A stretch of 63,556 bases of DNA, counting the filler. It is 7 parts of 7 records of this genome, joined end to end, with 100 filler letters (N's around TTAATTAATTAA, not from the genome) between each part and the next. Parts side by side here need not be neighbours in the genome. Positions count along the whole stretch, not along the records: positions 1 to 15,055 come from DRR723986_16830; 6 more parts are not named here. One strand, given 5' to 3'. How positions within the stretch are numbered: the first letter of the stretch is position 1; each line of letters starts with the position of its first letter. The translations under genes and the position numbers were made by a program. A model generated the notes under the pieces. It saw only the letters and a program-made list of their open reading frames with translations, was not told where the DNA came from and ran no database searches. Below are positions 1 through 8,812 of the stretch, piece after piece.

Positions 1-1020
1 ATTTCTATACCTGAATTCTGAAGCATATTCAACTTCAACGGGAATTCTTGCTAAATCTTCAAAATAGTATTCACCTACCAATCCTGCATGCCATGAAGTT
101 CCACAAGCAATTATTATGATACGGTCTGCATTGGCGATTTGATCTTCGTAGTCTTTAATACCACCTAGAGATATCCAACCCTCTTCTGCATTTAATCTTC
201 CTCTAAAACTGTCGTGAATTGCACGTGGCTGCTCGTAAATTTCTTTCAGCATGAAATGCTCGTATCCACCTTTTTCTAACTCTTCAAGTTGCAATTCTAA
301 CTCTTGAACGAATGGAGATTGCTCTACATTGGCAATGTTAATGATTCGCAAACCATTATTGCGATCAACTATTGCTATTTGTTCATCCTCTAAGTAAACC
401 ACATTTTTCGTGTATTCAACAAAGGGAGTTGCATCAGAAGCTACGTAGTATTCATCTTCTCCAATTCCTATAACTAGAGGTGAACTTTTACGAGCACAAA
501 TGATTTTGTCTGGATCATCCTTTGAAATAATGGCTAGGGCATAAGCACCATGTACTTTTTTAAGCGCCATCCTTACGGCCTCAACTAAGCTGACATTACT
601 TTTATCTTTTATTTCTTCAATAAGGTGAACAAGCACCTCCGTGTCTGTTTCAGACTTGAATTCATGGCCTCTATTCAGTAATTCCTTCTTGATGATATCA
701 TAATTCTCAATGATACCATTGTGCACCAAAACAATATCTCCACTGCCACTAAAATGAGGATGTGCGTTGATATCATTTGGAAGTCCATGTGTTGCCCAAC
801 GCGTATGACCAATTCCAACATTTCCTTGAGTCGATTTATCTTCAATAAAATCTACAAGGTCTTGAACTTTTCCTTGACGCTTATATACGTTAAGCTTGTT
901 CTTGTTTTCTATGAGTGCAATACCTGCACTATCATAACCTCGATATTCTAATCGACTGAGTCCCTTGATAATTATTGGGTAAGCTTTTTTATCGCCTATG
1001 TATCCTACAATTCCACACAT
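1..1020 (-). CDS. glmS: Glutamine--fructose-6-phosphate aminotransferase, 3' end runs off the window
   Basis: Reverse strand from the ATG at 1020 reads MCGIVGYIG...LEYRGYDSAG, the Ntn-amidotransferase N-terminus with catalytic Cys. It later reads GHTRWATHG and ACGTSWHAG. Not in the ORF track because it is truncated. Confidence 0.97.
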   Translation of the reverse strand, partial: MCGIVGYIGDKKAYPIIIKGLSRLEYRGYDSAGIALIENKNKLNVYKRQGKVQDLVDFIEDKSTQGNVGIGHTRWATHGLPNDINAHPHFSGSGDIVLVHNGIIENYDIIKKELLNRGHEFKSETDTEVLVHLIEEIKDKSNVSLVEAVRMALKKVHGAYALAIISKDDPDKIICARKSSPLVIGIGEDEYYVASDATPFVEYTKNVVYLEDEQIAIVDRNNGLRIINIANVEQSPFVQELELQLEELEKGGYEHFMLKEIYEQPRAIHDSFRGRLNAEEGWISLGGIKDYEDQIANADRIIIIACGTSWHAGLVGEYYFEDLARIPVEVEYASEFRYRN

Positions 1021-1032
1021 AATTCGAGTTTT

Positions 1033-2409
1033 TTAGTAGTCAGTATAAGTAATTTCTAGTCTAGTTTTGTTTTTAAGCTCGCTTTCTGGCCCATTGAACA
1101 CAACTCTTTCTACAGTTGAGGCAAAAAAGCTAGGTGCATAGATCCTAAACCCAGAATTTTCTCTGGTTCCATTTAATATCGCTTGAATTTCATTGGTCAT
1201 TAAAAATCTAAATTCTTTTTTGTCCTGATCATAGTTTACAGTGTTCCCTGAAAGAGTGGATTGAAAACTGTAATCAAGTGTAAAATCTGATGTGGTTTTA
1301 TCCACTACTTTTGCTAAAAATAAACTTGACGAAGGCTCAAATCGATCTTGTCCAAAATCTTGAACTGGAACAATTAATTCAGCCTTGTTAATGATTTTTC
1401 TATCTTCATTTCCTTCATTATCAAAGTTGAGGTCCATGATGTGGGGAATTTCAATTACTGCCCAAATTGCCCCGCCTTGCGTGTAAAATTCCTTTTGGCC
1501 CAATGTTTTATCGGCAAGTAAACTTTCAACTTTAGTACCTGTCCGATCATAAGTTATTTTATTATATCGAGCGGCTGAACTATTGATGTTAAAGTCAAAG
1601 AATTTCGTATCAGGATCTGATGTTTCATGGAAAAACATGGTCATTTTTGATAAAGAATTTTCAAGGCTAAAGTAGTATACACCACCTTGAGCAGGTGCTA
1701 AATTTGAACCGTCTACTTTTATGTACAGACCTTTAAACGCGCTAATAAAGGCCTCATCTGTTGCCATGTTTCCATTGCCATTGATGTTCACTAAATTAGC
1801 ACCAATTGTCGTTGGGTCAAGTCGAATTCTCAACTGGGCACTCAACGTATCTGATCCTACAATTTGATTAGCAACAAAGTCGGGCTGTTGTGTTGCCGTA
1901 CCAGGTAAAACTAGGTCTGAACCAATTATTGTTGGGTTCTCAAAAGTGTAGTAGTCTTGATCTTCTCTGATCAAATCATCACCTATTTCGTAAACTTCTA
2001 CGGTGATGTCATCCAGGTTAGCATAGTAATTAATGGTTGTAAACTTTAAGGATAGAACTACAGAGTCAACTATGACATCTGCAATATTAGCCGCAAAACT
2101 TGGGTTAACAGATGATAATCTAACTTGTGAAACTATTCCACAATCCACATTACCGAAAACAGGATCATTATATTGACCCAACATGCTTACCGCAGTTTCA
2201 TCACTTTCCATAGAGTCCAACTCTTCAGAGTAAGTAATAACAGAAAACGTGTCTAATGTATGCAAAGCTAATCCCTCTCCAGGAAGGCTAGAACCTATAT
2301 TAGATTCTTCTTTTTTACAAGAAGTTAAAAGCAATACGCCTATAAAAAAAGTAGCGGAAAGTTTTACAACCATCCGCTTACTATTTATTTGAATTTTATT
2401 TGAAGTCAT
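1033..2409 (-). CDS. DUF4270-family lipoprotein
   Basis: Lipobox LLLTSC; motifs LGQYNDPVFG and FKGLYI; C-terminal LEITYT; lies between the GT5 gene and glmS as is usual in Bacteroidota. Confidence 0.8.
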   Translation of the reverse strand: MTSNKIQINSKRMVVKLSATFFIGVLLLTSCKKEESNIGSSLPGEGLALHTLDTFSVITYSEELDSMESDETAVSMLGQYNDPVFGNVDCGIVSQVRLSSVNPSFAANIADVIVDSVVLSLKFTTINYYANLDDITVEVYEIGDDLIREDQDYYTFENPTIIGSDLVLPGTATQQPDFVANQIVGSDTLSAQLRIRLDPTTIGANLVNINGNGNMATDEAFISAFKGLYIKVDGSNLAPAQGGVYYFSLENSLSKMTMFFHETSDPDTKFFDFNINSSAARYNKITYDRTGTKVESLLADKTLGQKEFYTQGGAIWAVIEIPHIMDLNFDNEGNEDRKIINKAELIVPVQDFGQDRFEPSSSLFLAKVVDKTTSDFTLDYSFQSTLSGNTVNYDQDKKEFRFLMTNEIQAILNGTRENSGFRIYAPSFFASTVERVVFNGPESELKNKTRLEITYTDY

Positions 2410-3230
2410 TAATTTTCTACTAGTTCACCAATTATTTGGTCATAGAACTCATCTACTGGTTTAACGCAAGTTTCTTCAGAAAAGTATTCTAAGAAAGGCG
2501 TGCCAGATGATTTGATTTCAGCGCTCAAGTCGTTATCGATAGATTCACTTCCTTGAACAACTCCGTCACAAGTATTTATGGCCATTTTATTTAAAGTAAC
2601 GAAATCTACATCTTTTAATGCTGAGATGTCATCCTCGTTAAAGCCATCAAATTTAAGTTTTTCGTAAAATTTACTATCCCAATTTTTGTTAAAAGAATTT
2701 TCATAAACAGAATAAACAATCTTGGTGTCCTGAAAGTGAGGGTCATCCTTATACAATTTTTTAAGATATAAAGGAGTAAGTGCAGTCATCCAACCGTGAC
2801 AATGAATGATGTCTGGTTTCCAACCTAATTTTTTAACAGTTTCTAATACACCACGTCCAAAAAACATTGAGCGTTCGTCATTATCTTCAAAATCTTCTCC
2901 TTTTGAATCGACTACTGTAGCCTTTCTTTTGAAAAAATCTTCGTTATCAATAAAATAAACTTGAATTTTTGCCTGTGGTACAGATGCTACTTTAATGATT
3001 AATGGATGATCAACATCATTAATAATTAAATTCATTCCAGATAAGCGAATTACTTCATGCAACTGATGTCTTCTTTCGTTGATACATCCAAATCTTGGCA
3101 TGAATGCTCTGATCTCTTTGCCCCCTTCTTGAATCCCCTGCGGTAATTTTCTTGCTGTGCTTGCTATGTCTGATGGTGGTAAAAATGGAGTGATTTCTTG
3201 AGAGATAAACAGTACTCTTTTCTTTTCCAT
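2409..3230 (-). CDS. Glycogen/starch synthase catalytic-domain protein (GT5 N-terminal half only)
   Basis: FMPRFGCINERRHQLHEVIRLSG, DNDER and PDIIHCHGW motifs; start re-assigned to the ATG at 3230 (MEKKRVLF). Confidence 0.85.
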   Translation of the reverse strand: MEKKRVLFISQEITPFLPPSDIASTARKLPQGIQEGGKEIRAFMPRFGCINERRHQLHEVIRLSGMNLIINDVDHPLIIKVASVPQAKIQVYFIDNEDFFKRKATVVDSKGEDFEDNDERSMFFGRGVLETVKKLGWKPDIIHCHGWMTALTPLYLKKLYKDDPHFQDTKIVYSVYENSFNKNWDSKFYEKLKFDGFNEDDISALKDVDFVTLNKMAINTCDGVVQGSESIDNDLSAEIKSSGTPFLEYFSEETCVKPVDEFYDQIIGELVEN

Positions 3231-3256
3231 ATAGTGTGTTAACGTGTAAGTGAGGA

Positions 3257-3305
3257 CAAAATTACGAAAAAAATGCCGAATATTCAAGGTTAAAGGATAG
3301 TTTTG
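3257..3305. promoter_or_regulatory. Divergent Bacteroidota -7 promoter elements (TAnnTTTG)
   Basis: TAATTTTG on the minus strand (3264-3257) upstream of the GT5 gene, and TAGTTTTG on the plus strand (3298-3305) upstream of panC. Confidence 0.6.
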
Positions 3306-3338
3306 CCCCTTTATTTCATTAGATATTAAACGAATAAG

Positions 3339-4190
3339 GTGAAAATTGCAAATACAAAATCAGAGCTAAATGAACTGATTGCTGAACTCAAATCAGAAAA
3401 AGATTCCTCGAGCGTGGGCTTTGTTCCTACCATGGGCGCACTGCATCAAGGTCATTTATCTTTGATTCAGGAGGCTTCTAATAGTTGCGGTATTGTGGTC
3501 GTTAGCATTTTTGTTAATCCAACTCAGTTTAATAACGAAGATGATTTAAAGAAATATCCGCGCACAATAGAGGAAGATAAATCTTTGTTAGCGTCTACTT
3601 CATGCGACCTTTTGTTTTATCCTGAAGTTGATGAAGTATACCCAAAAGAGTATTCTGCACCAAAAGTTGATTTAATCGGATTGGATCTTGTAATGGAAGG
3701 GGCTTTTAGACCTGGTCACTTTGAGGGTGTTGTTAATGTGGTCAATAGATTATTCGAATTGGTTCAACCTGACATGGCATTCTTTGGTAAAAAAGATTTT
3801 CAGCAACTAGCCATCATTCGAAAGATGGTAGAACAACTAACCTGGAATATTGAAATTGTCGCTGTGGATATTAAACGGTCAGAAAGTGGACTCGCACTTA
3901 GTTCCAGAAATGCACGGCTTAGCAGGCAACAGCAGCAAGAAGCCTTAATTATTTATAAAACCCTGAACTACGGCCATGAATTGTCGAAAACTGAATCAAA
4001 TTGTTCCAGAATCAAGGCCCAAATGATAACTTTTTTTGAAAAAGGTTCCTTGAACCTAGAGTATCTTGAAGTTGCAAACAGTAAAAGCCTGAAGCCAGCT
4101 CTTAGTACAAACGAGCCAATTGTTTGTTGTATTGCAGCCCACTGTGGAGAAGTTCGGCTGATTGATAACATGGAGTTTACAACAGATTAA
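3339..4190 (+). CDS. panC: Pantoate--beta-alanine ligase
   Basis: GFVPTMGALHQGH, SIFVNPTQF, RPGHFEGV, FGKKDFQQ, GLALSSRN, RLIDN. Confidence 0.97.
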   Translation: MKIANTKSELNELIAELKSEKDSSSVGFVPTMGALHQGHLSLIQEASNSCGIVVVSIFVNPTQFNNEDDLKKYPRTIEEDKSLLASTSCDLLFYPEVDEVYPKEYSAPKVDLIGLDLVMEGAFRPGHFEGVVNVVNRLFELVQPDMAFFGKKDFQQLAIIRKMVEQLTWNIEIVAVDIKRSESGLALSSRNARLSRQQQQEALIIYKTLNYGHELSKTESNCSRIKAQMITFFEKGSLNLEYLEVANSKSLKPALSTNEPIVCCIAAHCGEVRLIDNMEFTTD

Positions 4191-4203
4191 TATATTTAAG
4201 GCG

Positions 4204-6039
4204 GTGAAACCTTATTTATTCATACTTGCTTGCAGTTTCAGTCAAATCGCTTCGGCTTTTCAAACTAATTTTGCGGATAGTTTATACAACATAGCTCTTC
4301 AAAGATCAGCTAAGGAAGGTCTAAATTTAATGCTCGACAGTTATTATCCTGTATTTAATAAAAGCTATCCAGATGGAGTCGAGTGGTCTGAAAAATGTCT
4401 TGAATTTGCTCAAAAAAACAATTTTGTGATCGAAGAAGGTCGTGCGAACCTGAATCTCGGTGTGGTTCATTATTTATCAGGAGACTATGAGAAAGCAATT
4501 ACGCACTATCAGAATGCCCTTGACATTTTTGAGAAAGAAGGAGCAAAATGTTATATCGGGCGAACATGTAACGAAATGTCGGTTTATTATAGAAAACAAA
4601 AAATGTATGATCTATCCTTATCGAGTTTAGATCGGTCTTTTCAGACATGTTCGGATTGCGGTGACTTTGAATGCGTTGAGACATCTTACAATAACAGAGG
4701 CGTAGTTTATGAAATGATGGGAGATTATTCAGCAGCAATCATGTCCTACCGTAAGGCAGAATCCATTGCGTTAAAAAATAAAAATGATATTGGCTTAAGC
4801 TACATCTACAATAATTTGGCCGGAGTTTATTTGTTAAAAGAGATGAACGATTCCGTGACTCATTATTTTGAAAAATCGACTGATATCCGAAGAGCTTTAA
4901 ACGACATTCAAGGTTTGGCAATTAATTATAATAATTTGGGAGAGTATTACCTTTCAATTGGACAGCTTGATAGCGCCAATTCTCAGTTCAAACTTGCCTT
5001 AAAAACTAATGAATCAATCGGGTTTTTAGATCTTGAAAAACACATCTATTCCCAATTGTTTGAGCTGCATAAACAAAAGGGAAACTTAGATACGGCAATT
5101 TATTATCTCGAAAAGAGCAACGGAATTAGAGATAGTTTGTTAAGCTCAGAAAAGCTTAAGGCACTTAGTGAGATGGAAGTGCGGTATGAAACCGAAAAAG
5201 TAGAAAAAGAATTTCTCAAAGAACAGCAGAAAAGAACAGATGCAGAATTAACTATTTCTAATCGAAATAATTGGATTTTTGGAATTGCCGGAATCACCTT
5301 GGTTACGATACTTGCGAGTATTCTATTTGTCCAAAGAAAGAAACGTATTGCAAATGAAGAAAGAAATTTAGCCGTATTGAAAGAGAAAGAACGCGGAATG
5401 GCGGCAGTTTTTGATGCAACTGAGAAAGAACGACAGCGAATTGCCAAAGATTTACACGACAGTGTTGGTCAACAAATGAGTGGTTTAAAAATGGCATGGG
5501 AAACAATTACGTTTGAGTTGAAAACGAAAGACCCTGAGAATGCCGATAAGTTAAGTGAGTTGTCATTAGTTTTAGATCAAGCAGCAGATGAAGTTCGTGA
5601 GATTTCACATCAAATGATGCCAAAAACCCTCGAGGAATTTGGATTAGTACTTGCACTAAAAGAGATGCTGGACAAATCGTTGAAATTTGCAAAAATTGAA
5701 TATGAGTTTGAAGAATTTAATATTCAAGGTAGATTTGATAATAGAATAGAATTAAGTCTTTATCGAATCAGTCAAGAACTCGTCAACAACGTTATCAAAC
5801 ATTCAGGCGCAAGTAAATTGAGCCTTCAATTGTTCCAAAATCAAAATCAGCTCATTTTAATTGTCGAAGATAATGGGGCTGGATTTAAATCTGAACATCA
5901 AGAGGGTCATGGTTTATTGAATATTAAGTCTCGACTGAATACAATTAACGGATTAGTCAATTACGAAGCGACTACCGAAACGGGTACAATTGCTACTGTG
6001 CGCGTGAATTTAGATTCTCATCAAATGACATCTAGCTGA
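4204..6039 (+). CDS. TPR-repeat sensor histidine kinase (HisKA_3/NarX type)
   Basis: Signal peptide from the GTG at 4204, multiple TPRs (YNNLG), one TM helix, ERQRIAKDLHDSVGQ H-box, QELVNNVIKHS N-box, EDNGAGF and GHGL G-boxes. Exact start uncertain. Confidence 0.9.
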   Translation: MKPYLFILACSFSQIASAFQTNFADSLYNIALQRSAKEGLNLMLDSYYPVFNKSYPDGVEWSEKCLEFAQKNNFVIEEGRANLNLGVVHYLSGDYEKAITHYQNALDIFEKEGAKCYIGRTCNEMSVYYRKQKMYDLSLSSLDRSFQTCSDCGDFECVETSYNNRGVVYEMMGDYSAAIMSYRKAESIALKNKNDIGLSYIYNNLAGVYLLKEMNDSVTHYFEKSTDIRRALNDIQGLAINYNNLGEYYLSIGQLDSANSQFKLALKTNESIGFLDLEKHIYSQLFELHKQKGNLDTAIYYLEKSNGIRDSLLSSEKLKALSEMEVRYETEKVEKEFLKEQQKRTDAELTISNRNNWIFGIAGITLVTILASILFVQRKKRIANEERNLAVLKEKERGMAAVFDATEKERQRIAKDLHDSVGQQMSGLKMAWETITFELKTKDPENADKLSELSLVLDQAADEVREISHQMMPKTLEEFGLVLALKEMLDKSLKFAKIEYEFEEFNIQGRFDNRIELSLYRISQELVNNVIKHSGASKLSLQLFQNQNQLILIVEDNGAGFKSEHQEGHGLLNIKSRLNTINGLVNYEATTETGTIATVRVNLDSHQMTSS

Positions 6040-6045
6040 TTTTGA

Positions 6046-6053
6046 TATATTTG
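6046..6053 (+). promoter_or_regulatory. Bacteroidota -7 promoter element
   Basis: TATATTTG 17 nt upstream of the response regulator ATG. Confidence 0.5.
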
Positions 6054-6070
6054 GAATTCAGATTGTTTAA

Positions 6071-6718
6071 ATGAGTAAAAAGAGAATATTGTTGGTGGAT
6101 GATCACCAATTGATAATAGATGGGTTAAAAGGGTTTATTCAAACGAATAACGATTACCAAATTGTTGGAGAGGCAAATACTGGTACTGAAGCGATTAAAT
6201 TGGCGGAACTATTAAACCCTGACATTATCTTAATGGACATTGAAATGCCAGGAATTAGTGGGATTCAGGCCAGTCAAGAAATAAAGAAGATCAGACCAAA
6301 TTGCGGAATCGTCATTATCTCAATGCATAAAGAAAAGGAATTGATTAAGAAGTTGATGTCCTATGGTGTTGACGGTTATTTGTTGAAAAACTCGTCTCAA
6401 AATGAAGTCTTGCAAGCAGTGAAACATGTGCTCGAAGGAGGAAAGTATTTTTCACAGGACGTTGAAACATCCCTAAATGAACAATCTGAGACGCAAAATC
6501 ATAAAACAGATGTTTTAACCATTGCTCAACTTACCGAAAGAGAAATAGAAATTTTGAAATTGGTTTCTCTTGGGAAAACGAATAAAGAAATCGGGGAATC
6601 TTTGTTTATTAGCCATAGAACAGTGGATACTCACCGAACAAATTTGATGAAAAAACTCGACATCAAAAATGTTGCCGGCTTGATTCGGTTTGCCTTCAAA
6701 AACGGACTTATTCAATAA
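6071..6718 (+). CDS. NarL/LuxR-family response regulator
   Basis: REC domain (LVDDH, LMDIEMP) plus LuxR HTH (LTEREIEILKL...SHRTVDTHRTNLMKKL). Confidence 0.95.
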   Translation: MSKKRILLVDDHQLIIDGLKGFIQTNNDYQIVGEANTGTEAIKLAELLNPDIILMDIEMPGISGIQASQEIKKIRPNCGIVIISMHKEKELIKKLMSYGVDGYLLKNSSQNEVLQAVKHVLEGGKYFSQDVETSLNEQSETQNHKTDVLTIAQLTEREIEILKLVSLGKTNKEIGESLFISHRTVDTHRTNLMKKLDIKNVAGLIRFAFKNGLIQ

Positions 6719-6755
6719 AAGCTTGTCGCAGGCATTCTACCTAAGAGAAATTGGT

Positions 6756-6763
6756 TATTTTTG
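6756..6763 (+). promoter_or_regulatory. Bacteroidota -7 promoter element for metK
   Basis: TATTTTTG about 30 nt upstream of the metK ATG. Confidence 0.55.
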
Positions 6764-6792
6764 CCCATCTAATTAGAAGAAAAAAATTAACT

Positions 6793-8046
6793 ATGTCATA
6801 TTTATTTACATCTGAATCTGTTTCAGAAGGGCACCCGGATAAGGTATCCGACCAAATTTCAGACGCATTGATTGATTATTTCATGGCTTTTGATCCACAA
6901 TCAAAAGTGGCGTGTGAAACATTGGTAACAACTGGCTTGGTGACATTAGCTGGTGAGGTGAAGTCAAATGCATATTTAGATGTGCAACAAATTGCAAGAG
7001 ATACAATTGCTAAAATTGGATATACTAAATCTGAGTACCAATTTGATGCAAAATCATGTGCAGTGATATCTGCAATTCACGAACAGTCAGATGATATTAA
7101 CAGAGGTGTTGATAGAGAAGACCCAATGGAGCAAGGTGCTGGTGACCAAGGTATGATGTTTGGTTATGCAACTACTGAAACTGAGAATTATATGCCGTTG
7201 GCATTAGATCTTTCTCATAGAATCTTGCAAGAATTAGCGGACATGAGAAGAGAGATGACGGATATCGATTATTTACGTCCTGATGCTAAATCTCAAGTAA
7301 CTATTGAGTATTCTGATGATAATGTTCCTCAAAGAATTGATGCCATTGTTGTTTCAACACAACATGATGATTTTGATTCGAATGATGAGGTCATGTTAGC
7401 GAAAATCAAATCTGACATCATTGATAAATTGATTCCAAGAGTGGTGGCAAAACTACCTGCTAAAATTCAGGCTTTGTTTAACGACCAAATTAAATATCAC
7501 ATTAACCCAACAGGTAAATTCGTAATTGGAGGACCTCATGGAGATACTGGTTTGACGGGAAGAAAAATTATCGTTGACACATATGGTGGAAAAGGTGCTC
7601 ACGGTGGTGGTGCGTTCTCAGGAAAAGATCCTTCTAAGGTAGATAGATCTGGAGCTTACGCTACAAGGCACATTGCTAAGAACTTGGTTGCTGCAGGTGT
7701 TGCCAGTGAGATTTTAGTGCAAGTATCCTATGCTATTGGGGTTGTTGAGCCTATGGGAATCTTCGTAGATACTTACGGAACTTCAAAAGTGGACATGACT
7801 GATGGGGAAATAGCTGAAAAAGCGGCTCAAATTTTTGATATGAGACCTGCGGCTATTGAACAACGTTTGAAATTAAGAAATCCAATTTATTCTGAAACTG
7901 CTGCTTATGGTCACATGGGTAGAACACCAGAAGTAAAAACAGTAAAATTCGAAAATGCCGGAGTTACTAAAGAGGTAGAAGTAGAAACATTTACTTGGGA
8001 AAAATTAGATTACGTAGATAAAGTAAAAGCTAGTTTCGGTCTTTAA
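6793..8046 (+). CDS. metK: S-adenosylmethionine synthetase
   Basis: [49 protein letters not shown]; start at the ATG at 6793. Confidence 0.98.
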   Translation: MSYLFTSESVSEGHPDKVSDQISDALIDYFMAFDPQSKVACETLVTTGLVTLAGEVKSNAYLDVQQIARDTIAKIGYTKSEYQFDAKSCAVISAIHEQSDDINRGVDREDPMEQGAGDQGMMFGYATTETENYMPLALDLSHRILQELADMRREMTDIDYLRPDAKSQVTIEYSDDNVPQRIDAIVVSTQHDDFDSNDEVMLAKIKSDIIDKLIPRVVAKLPAKIQALFNDQIKYHINPTGKFVIGGPHGDTGLTGRKIIVDTYGGKGAHGGGAFSGKDPSKVDRSGAYATRHIAKNLVAAGVASEILVQVSYAIGVVEPMGIFVDTYGTSKVDMTDGEIAEKAAQIFDMRPAAIEQRLKLRNPIYSETAAYGHMGRTPEVKTVKFENAGVTKEVEVETFTWEKLDYVDKVKASFGL

Positions 8047-8067
8047 GAATCGAAATCTGAATACATT

Positions 8068-8099
8068 TAAACCCTGATTTATTTGAGTCAGGGTTTTTT
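8068..8099 (+). terminator. Intrinsic terminator after metK
   Basis: AAACCCTGA...TCAGGGTTT stem followed by a T-run. Confidence 0.75.
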
Positions 8100-8537
8100 A
8101 TGGAATTAATTAGCTGGGGATATTTAGGGTTATTCGGTGGGTCTTTTCTGTCGGCAACACTCGTTCCCTTTCCTTCAGAAGGACTCTTGTATGCTTTTTT
8201 TGAACTCGGTTATCCCGTTTGGATCTGCGTAATAATCGCAAGCCTTGGGAATACTATCGGAGGCTTCACCAACTATTGGATCGGTTATTCAGCCAATGCT
8301 GCTTTTATACAAAGACGTTTCAAACTTGATGAAACTAGATTATCAAAGTGGCAAACGAAATTTTCGAAATTCGGTCATTTTATGGGTCTTTTGTCCTGGT
8401 TACCTGTAATTGGTGACCCCATGCTAATTGCATTGGGTGTGCTAAAAGTCAAGTTCTGGCCGCTCTCATTAATGATTTTTATTGGCAAATTCATCAGATA
8501 CGCAATTTTAGCCATGATTTTTGAGTCGATTCAATAG
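8100..8537 (+). CDS. YqaA-family (DedA/VTT superfamily) membrane protein
   Basis: FLSATLVPFPSE, GNTIGG, LLSWLPVIGDP, GKFIRY. Confidence 0.9.
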   Translation: MELISWGYLGLFGGSFLSATLVPFPSEGLLYAFFELGYPVWICVIIASLGNTIGGFTNYWIGYSANAAFIQRRFKLDETRLSKWQTKFSKFGHFMGLLSWLPVIGDPMLIALGVLKVKFWPLSLMIFIGKFIRYAILAMIFESIQ

Positions 8538-8653
8538 AAATTCGCCTTAAAAAATCGTTCTGGGCAAAAAAAATTCACTTTTATTTCAAGTTTTTTTTCA
8601 ATTTTCAGGCAACCGTCCTAAACCGTTTAATATGCTTGCATAATAAATAATGG

Positions 8654-8686
8654 CTTCGACCAACATCACTTATTCTTCGTCAAACA
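8654..8686 (+). promoter_or_regulatory. Direct-repeat operator, LytTR-like geometry
   Basis: CTTCGACCAACA (8654-8665) and CTTCGTCAAACA (8675-8686), 21-bp period. Confidence 0.5.
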
Positions 8687-8812
8687 CTCATCACATGTGG
8701 GGTTTCAGCAATTAGAAGTACTTGACTTGTATATATTTTATTGTTTAACTTAAATGGAAACCAACTACAGTAAAATTACACACCATGACAATCTGTACAA
8801 AATCCTACTCCT

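Noticed and set aside
1021-1032. glmS ribozyme, and a SAM riboswitch before metK
   Set aside because: Only 12 nt precede glmS, and the metK leader after its -7 element is about 30 nt, too short for either
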